Source: Promethearchaeota archaeon Loki_b31
Lineage (GTDB): Archaea > Asgardarchaeota > Lokiarchaeia > Sigyniarchaeales > SOKP01
Direction: 5' to 3'
Assembly (NCBI GenBank): GCA_005222975.1
Contig: NJBI01000085.1
Location: 1-10,649, forward strand
Length of the DNA stretch: 10,649 nucleotides
The position numbers and the translations under genes were made by a program. Shown here piece by piece: positions 6,615 through 10,649 of this stretch (positions within the stretch are counted from its first letter, which is position 1; each line of letters opens with the position of its first letter). Below the pieces are notes generated by a model, which saw only the letters and a program-made list of their open reading frames with translations, had not been told where the DNA came from and searched no databases.

Positions 6615-7979
6615 TTAAGCTTTCATCTTTGCTTTTTTTTCCATGTGGATTTGTTCTAATTTTACCCTCATATCTTTAAGTTTTTCACCATGGAGAGGAT
6701 AGAAATACATGAAAATCAGACTAATTGCAGTAACAATGGCGGGTATAAGCAAGAATAAAATGTCAATACCAATCAATGTGAAAGCTGATTGTATATCCGA
6801 TCCTGAATTATATAGAAATAGTTCTAACACTATTGTTGCAACTATTGGGCCTAAACTAGCTGCTGGTTTTGTGAAAAGAGCGTTCATGCCCAAAAGCATC
6901 CCTTCTCTACGGGTTCCGTGGTTAATCTCATCCTCATCAGCAGATAGATACATGGTTGGGACCACAAATACGCCATAACCTCCAAAAAAGGTTGATATAA
7001 TTAGCCCAATCATAGCTAATGATGAACTCTGAACAACTACTAACAGTACAAACGAAATGAGCATGCCTACAACTTTTAAAGCCCCCAATCTCAATATTAT
7101 ATTGCGCATACCCCATTTTGGCCTTAATTTCATACAAAGAATGTTTGAACCATAACCCACAAGGATAAATATTACGAAATATATAATAGTTGAATTATCT
7201 CCAAGTATAAAGCTCCAAATAAAAAGATAGCTTAGTCCTATTGAACCTAAGAATGTGACACAAAAGTTAAATCCTACAAAAATTAAGAACGACTTTAACT
7301 TTAATGATTCTTTAATAGACTTCCATAGAGGAAATACCTCATCTTTTTGGTATTCTGGTTTTTCTTCGCATAAGTATGCCGTCAGCCAAAGAAAAAGTGT
7401 AGAAATAATAGCTATTACAATCATTAAGAATTGGAAACTTTGAGATGTAGGTTGCATATCTCCTACTATCAGAAAAAACGGAACTACAAAGATGGCCCCA
7501 AAAACTAAAGATAAGAAGTGCGCTTTATTTCTTTCGTCAAGGTCCGAAGTCATTTCAGGTAATAACGCCATCCATACAAGAACAACAAGCGTAAGCATAG
7601 TGTCAAACAAACAAATGCTTATGACATAATGGAAAAATATTATTATTTGATTATCGAAACTCCAGGGAAACCAAACCAATAAGAATGTTAGAGCCCATAT
7701 TGGTGCGCCGTATTTAATATATATGATTCTACGACTACCCCATTTTTTGCGGTTCGTTCGATCAGAAAGCTGTCCAGACAACGGGTCGTTTAAGGCATTA
7801 ATAGTCATGTAAATTATTTGTCCGAGAATAAATAGACCTGGAAGTAACTGTAAATCGTCGTAAAAAAGTTCTACATATTTTAGACTAAAAATATATGCTA
7901 GTAAACCCGATGGTATTGCGCCAATTGCATACCCCCATAAATTTCGGGAGCTTATTTTGTCTTTTACGCTATTTGACAA
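6615..7979 (-). CDS. MFS transporter, glycoside-pentoside-hexuronide (GPH/MelB-like, MFS_2) family
   Basis: About 12 hydrophobic segments. Motifs NALNDPLSGQLSDRT...WGSRR, ALLPEMTSDLDER, DEDEINHGTRREG and terminal YPL. TTG start with GGAGA SD at 7990-7986. Confidence 0.92.
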   Translation of the reverse strand: MSNSVKDKISSRNLWGYAIGAIPSGLLAYIFSLKYVELFYDDLQLLPGLFILGQIIYMTINALNDPLSGQLSDRTNRKKWGSRRIIYIKYGAPIWALTFLLVWFPWSFDNQIIIFFHYVISICLFDTMLTLVVLVWMALLPEMTSDLDERNKAHFLSLVFGAIFVVPFFLIVGDMQPTSQSFQFLMIVIAIISTLFLWLTAYLCEEKPEYQKDEVFPLWKSIKESLKLKSFLIFVGFNFCVTFLGSIGLSYLFIWSFILGDNSTIIYFVIFILVGYGSNILCMKLRPKWGMRNIILRLGALKVVGMLISFVLLVVVQSSSLAMIGLIISTFFGGYGVFVVPTMYLSADEDEINHGTRREGMLLGMNALFTKPAASLGPIVATIVLELFLYNSGSDIQSAFTLIGIDILFLLIPAIVTAISLIFMYFYPLHGEKLKDMRVKLEQIHMEKKAKMKA

Positions 7980-8113
7980 TAAAGATCTCCTAATTTTTTA
8001 TTTAATTTTTTTTTAAAAATGTAGATTAATTTCATTTCAAGAACATATATAGTTTTATAATTCTACTAGAAATGCTAAAATTAATGTTTTATAGAACAAT
8101 TTATTACTTAACT

Positions 8114-8689
8114 ATGGAAGATTTAGATTTTTACGAGACACTATTGAATAGACTAAATGGCGCTAAAAAAGTAGTTTTCATCGGGATTGGAGAAGAAAAA
8201 TTAAGAGACGATGGCGTAGGTCCTTATATTATTAGCAAACTTCTATCTTTTTCGGATAAAAGAGTTTTATTCATAAACGCCGGAATTGATCCAATGGCAA
8301 GAATCGATGAGGTAATAAATTTTGAAACTTCACATTTGATTCTTTTAGACACTTGTACGTTAAGCAAACCTCCAGGGACCGTTGCAATTTTAGAGCGCGA
8401 GAATATCTGCGATTACGTGCCAATTTCTACTCACACTATTCCTGTGCATATTGTAATCGATCTAATCGTTGAGAAATTACCCGATTTGAATGTTTTTATG
8501 ATTGGCTTTGTTCCAAAAAGTTTTGAAGGATTTACGGAGCTAAAGTTATATAAACAAGACGAATTATCTCTAGACGATCGAAGCAATAATATCGATTTGC
8601 CCTTTTTTGAACCTCAGTTAACTAAAACGATTGAAAAAGAAGCGGATAAATTAATAGAAATAATTAAAAAATTGATTAAAGCGTTTTAG
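8114..8689 (+). CDS. hycI: Hydrogenase maturation endopeptidase, HycI-like (ORF open from 8072; ATG 8114 is the more plausible start)
   Basis: VVFIGIGEEKLRDDGVGP, ILLDTC, PPGTV, ISTHTIP and MIGFVP. The metal-ligand Asp/Asp/His set is retained. Confidence 0.88.
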   Translation: MEDLDFYETLLNRLNGAKKVVFIGIGEEKLRDDGVGPYIISKLLSFSDKRVLFINAGIDPMARIDEVINFETSHLILLDTCTLSKPPGTVAILERENICDYVPISTHTIPVHIVIDLIVEKLPDLNVFMIGFVPKSFEGFTELKLYKQDELSLDDRSNNIDLPFFEPQLTKTIEKEADKLIEIIKKLIKAF

Positions 8690-8692
8690 AGG

Positions 8693-8869
8693 CTAAGAGC
8701 TTTTGGTAAAATGATCTACTATTATTTCAATGACATTTGAAATTAACTTTTTTTCATTGTCACTTAGATCTTCTTTAAATTTTTCGAGAAACTTTATTAC
8801 CTTATCTGCTTCTCTTAAATTTCTCAAGTGATCAGAGCCTTTCTTATTTAACGAGCCACCCCATGCCAT
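8693..8869 (-). CDS. Small hypothetical protein, 58 aa, absent from the supplied ORF track
   Basis: Translated by hand: MAWGGSLNKKGSDHLRNLREADKVIKFLEKFKEDLSDNEKKLISNVIEIIVDHFTKSS*. ATG at 8869-8867 is preceded by GAGGGT (8880-8875). It fills the gap almost exactly and stops 3 nt from the hycI stop. Confidence 0.75.
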   Translation of the reverse strand: MAWGGSLNKKGSDHLRNLREADKVIKFLEKFKEDLSDNEKKLISNVIEIIVDHFTKSS

Positions 8870-8899
8870 GATTTACCCTCAAATTTTTCGATATTTAAT

Positions 8900-10291
8900 C
8901 TATTTGTCAGGATCGGATAATACCTTTCTAAACGGTCGCAAAAATTCTTGCATCATATTTATTTTGTTCCTTAATTTATCAATTTTCATTAATGGAATTA
9001 ATTTTTCGTTCAATTTCTTTGCGCGCTCGTCATTTTGTGGAAAAGTATCATATACTCCATGCGTTTTGTAATATTCGTGATCGGCTAAAAACACAAACCG
9101 GTTCCTTCCATAAACATCATCTCTAAACATTTTCATAGCTGCCTCCCCGAGAAAAGTTCGTGGTCCTATATAATTAGCTACAGAAAAATCGATTGCTTGT
9201 TTTGCAAAATTATACAACAACGCATCAATATCATCGGATTCACCGAATTCATCCGTAATAAAATTTAGGTAATTCGAGTCTTGGTACTCTACATGTGCCT
9301 GCAACATCTCTTTTAGGTTAGGAATCTGGCTAATTGGGCCTGAGACGATATGTCCTAATTGTTTTCCGATTATAGTAGGTGTATGATTATTAAAAAAGGC
9401 TCTGTCATAGACTAATTTCCATTTTGACGATAAATAACGGTCTTTAATAGTCCCGGCAAATATTAAAATATCTGCTTTCATGACCTTATTAGTCCAAAAA
9501 TCTGTAAAACCATCTTTGTCTTTATATATGCATTCGTGATTGTATCCACATTTAGCACATCCTATACATGGTCCTTTTATATCGATATCATAAATGTTTA
9601 TTAGTTTGACATTGTTAGCAAATGATTCTCTAAACCTATTTACCATTTTTCCTAAATTTGTAGATTCGCTCGTGTCCTCTGAAACAATTAATACTTTCTG
9701 CCCTTTAGTATCTATTTTTTCTTCTTTTGTTGTTGAACTCTGAGGAACATAATCGAACTTTCTATGGTTTAAAGGCTGAAATTGTCTAGTTGTAGGAAAA
9801 TTATTTTCGATAGTCTCAAAAAACTTTTCAGTAAAAATCAACCAACGGTGTCTTCTTTTTGGATATAGCAAATCCCAACTATCAGCAGCAAAATATCCAA
9901 AAAATTTCATGCCTAGATCGTCACAAATTGCGCGAATATAATTTTGAGCAGTATGATCGTAAAAATGTATTGAAGTTGAGAGAGACATCACGTATTTATC
10001 CTTAAAAAATGATTCTGCTTCCTTTTCGAAGATGAGTTCAATAAAACGCTTATATTGGGAACATACTAGCATAACATATACAGGAAACCCCCAAATTATA
10101 CCGTCTGAATCTCCTACTTGTTTTAAGACATTTTTAAATCTTTCCTCATTTTTCTCAATCTTCTTAATAGTTTGTGCGATGTTTATTATGTTATATTCGT
10201 GTTCTGGATGTTTTTTCTTTATATATAAGATATATTGCATAGTGACGCTCTCAGCGCCTTTTGGGCTTCCATTTAAAATAGTTATTTTCAT
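8900..10291 (-). CDS. NAD(P)H-dependent oxidoreductase with two flavodoxin-like domains (FMN reductase / iron-sulfur flavoprotein-like)
   Basis: Domain 1 has ILNGSPKGAESVT, DGIIWGFPVY and QYKRFIE. Domain 2 has CIGCAKCGYNHEC (CX2CX2CX5C), KDGF, ADILIFAG and KWKLVYDR. Confidence 0.88.
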   Translation of the reverse strand: MKITILNGSPKGAESVTMQYILYIKKKHPEHEYNIINIAQTIKKIEKNEERFKNVLKQVGDSDGIIWGFPVYVMLVCSQYKRFIELIFEKEAESFFKDKYVMSLSTSIHFYDHTAQNYIRAICDDLGMKFFGYFAADSWDLLYPKRRHRWLIFTEKFFETIENNFPTTRQFQPLNHRKFDYVPQSSTTKEEKIDTKGQKVLIVSEDTSESTNLGKMVNRFRESFANNVKLINIYDIDIKGPCIGCAKCGYNHECIYKDKDGFTDFWTNKVMKADILIFAGTIKDRYLSSKWKLVYDRAFFNNHTPTIIGKQLGHIVSGPISQIPNLKEMLQAHVEYQDSNYLNFITDEFGESDDIDALLYNFAKQAIDFSVANYIGPRTFLGEAAMKMFRDDVYGRNRFVFLADHEYYKTHGVYDTFPQNDERAKKLNEKLIPLMKIDKLRNKINMMQEFLRPFRKVLSDPDK

Positions 10292-10538
10292 TATTAATTA
10301 CACCATTCTATTCCGTATTAAATTCCATTTATTTCAAAATTAAATCGAGTATTATATTTAATTTAAGATCTTTATTAAACCATAAGGATTTAACATTATT
10401 ATCTAAGTTAATGCTAATAAGAATTAAATTCCAGACTTAATGATAAGCTAAATGCTTCAATTCAGATTATTTTTCTTATAGTAAATGATTTTCCAAAATA
10501 TTTTTAAATTAAATGGGGGCTTAATTATAAAACAATTT

Positions 10539-10649
10539 TTAAAAAAAGTTAAAAATCCATAAGAATAACAAGGAAATTATTGCTAAGAATGCGATACAAC
10601 CTAAACCCATCCATGAAAATAGAGCGTTTTTAACATAATTAATTTTAAA
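10539..10649 (-). CDS. C-terminal end of a membrane protein; gene begins beyond the right edge
   Basis: Minus-strand frame open from the window edge: FKINYVKNALFSWMGLGCIAFLAIISLLFLWIFNFF*, containing one clear transmembrane helix; TAA at 10541-10539. Confidence 0.6.
   Translation of the reverse strand, partial: FKINYVKNALFSWMGLGCIAFLAIISLLFLWIFNFF

Noticed and set aside
6365-7443. ORFs 6365-6574(+), 6709-6978(+), 6937-7137(-) and 7255-7443(+)
   Set aside because: They lie antisense or out of frame, within or almost entirely within the well-supported SDR and MFS genes.
8061-8071. Palindrome TTCTA-C-TAGAA between the divergent MFS and hycI genes
   Set aside because: Only 5-bp arms, which is expected by chance.
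8868-10343. Plus-strand ORFs 8868-9071 and 10032-10343
   Set aside because: Antisense shadows of the flavoprotein gene with no recognisable motifs.
10318-10433. 11-nt direct repeat ATTAAATTCCA occurring twice in the last intergenic region
   Set aside because: Only two AT-rich copies about 105 nt apart; not a CRISPR array, iteron set or target-site duplication.
1-10649. CRISPR arrays, rRNA/tRNA genes, transposases, integrases or prophage genes
   Set aside because: No regularly spaced repeats, GC-rich structured RNA segments or mobile-element motifs were seen. All intergenic gaps are under 250 nt and very AT-rich.

Overview
AT-rich archaeal genomic window with mostly housekeeping and metabolic genes. 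The gene content (tRNA-splicing endonuclease family, PINA-type PIN/P-loop ATPase, HycI protease, GPH-family MFS, TATA-type promoters) and low GC suggest an Asgard archaeon such as Lokiarchaeia; this assignment is inference only. Left to right: 3' part of a PHP-family phosphoesterase with a probable 1-nt frameshift, a hypothetical protein, a SIRT6/7-like sirtuin, an alpha/alpha-toroid prenyltransferase-repeat-like protein, a tandem-ACT protein, a PINA-like ATPase coupled to an EndA-family protein lacking two of three catalytic residues, an SDR, a GPH/MFS transporter, an orphan HycI-like protease, a 58-aa small ORF missing from the ORF track, a tandem flavodoxin/iron-sulfur flavoprotein, and the 3' end of a membrane protein. 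No CRISPR array, RNA gene or mobile element was seen. The strongest leads are the eukaryote-like class IV sirtuin and the pseudo-EndA plus KH-less PINA operon behind a perfect 21-bp palindrome. Homology calls rest on motifs recalled from known families; no database search was run.
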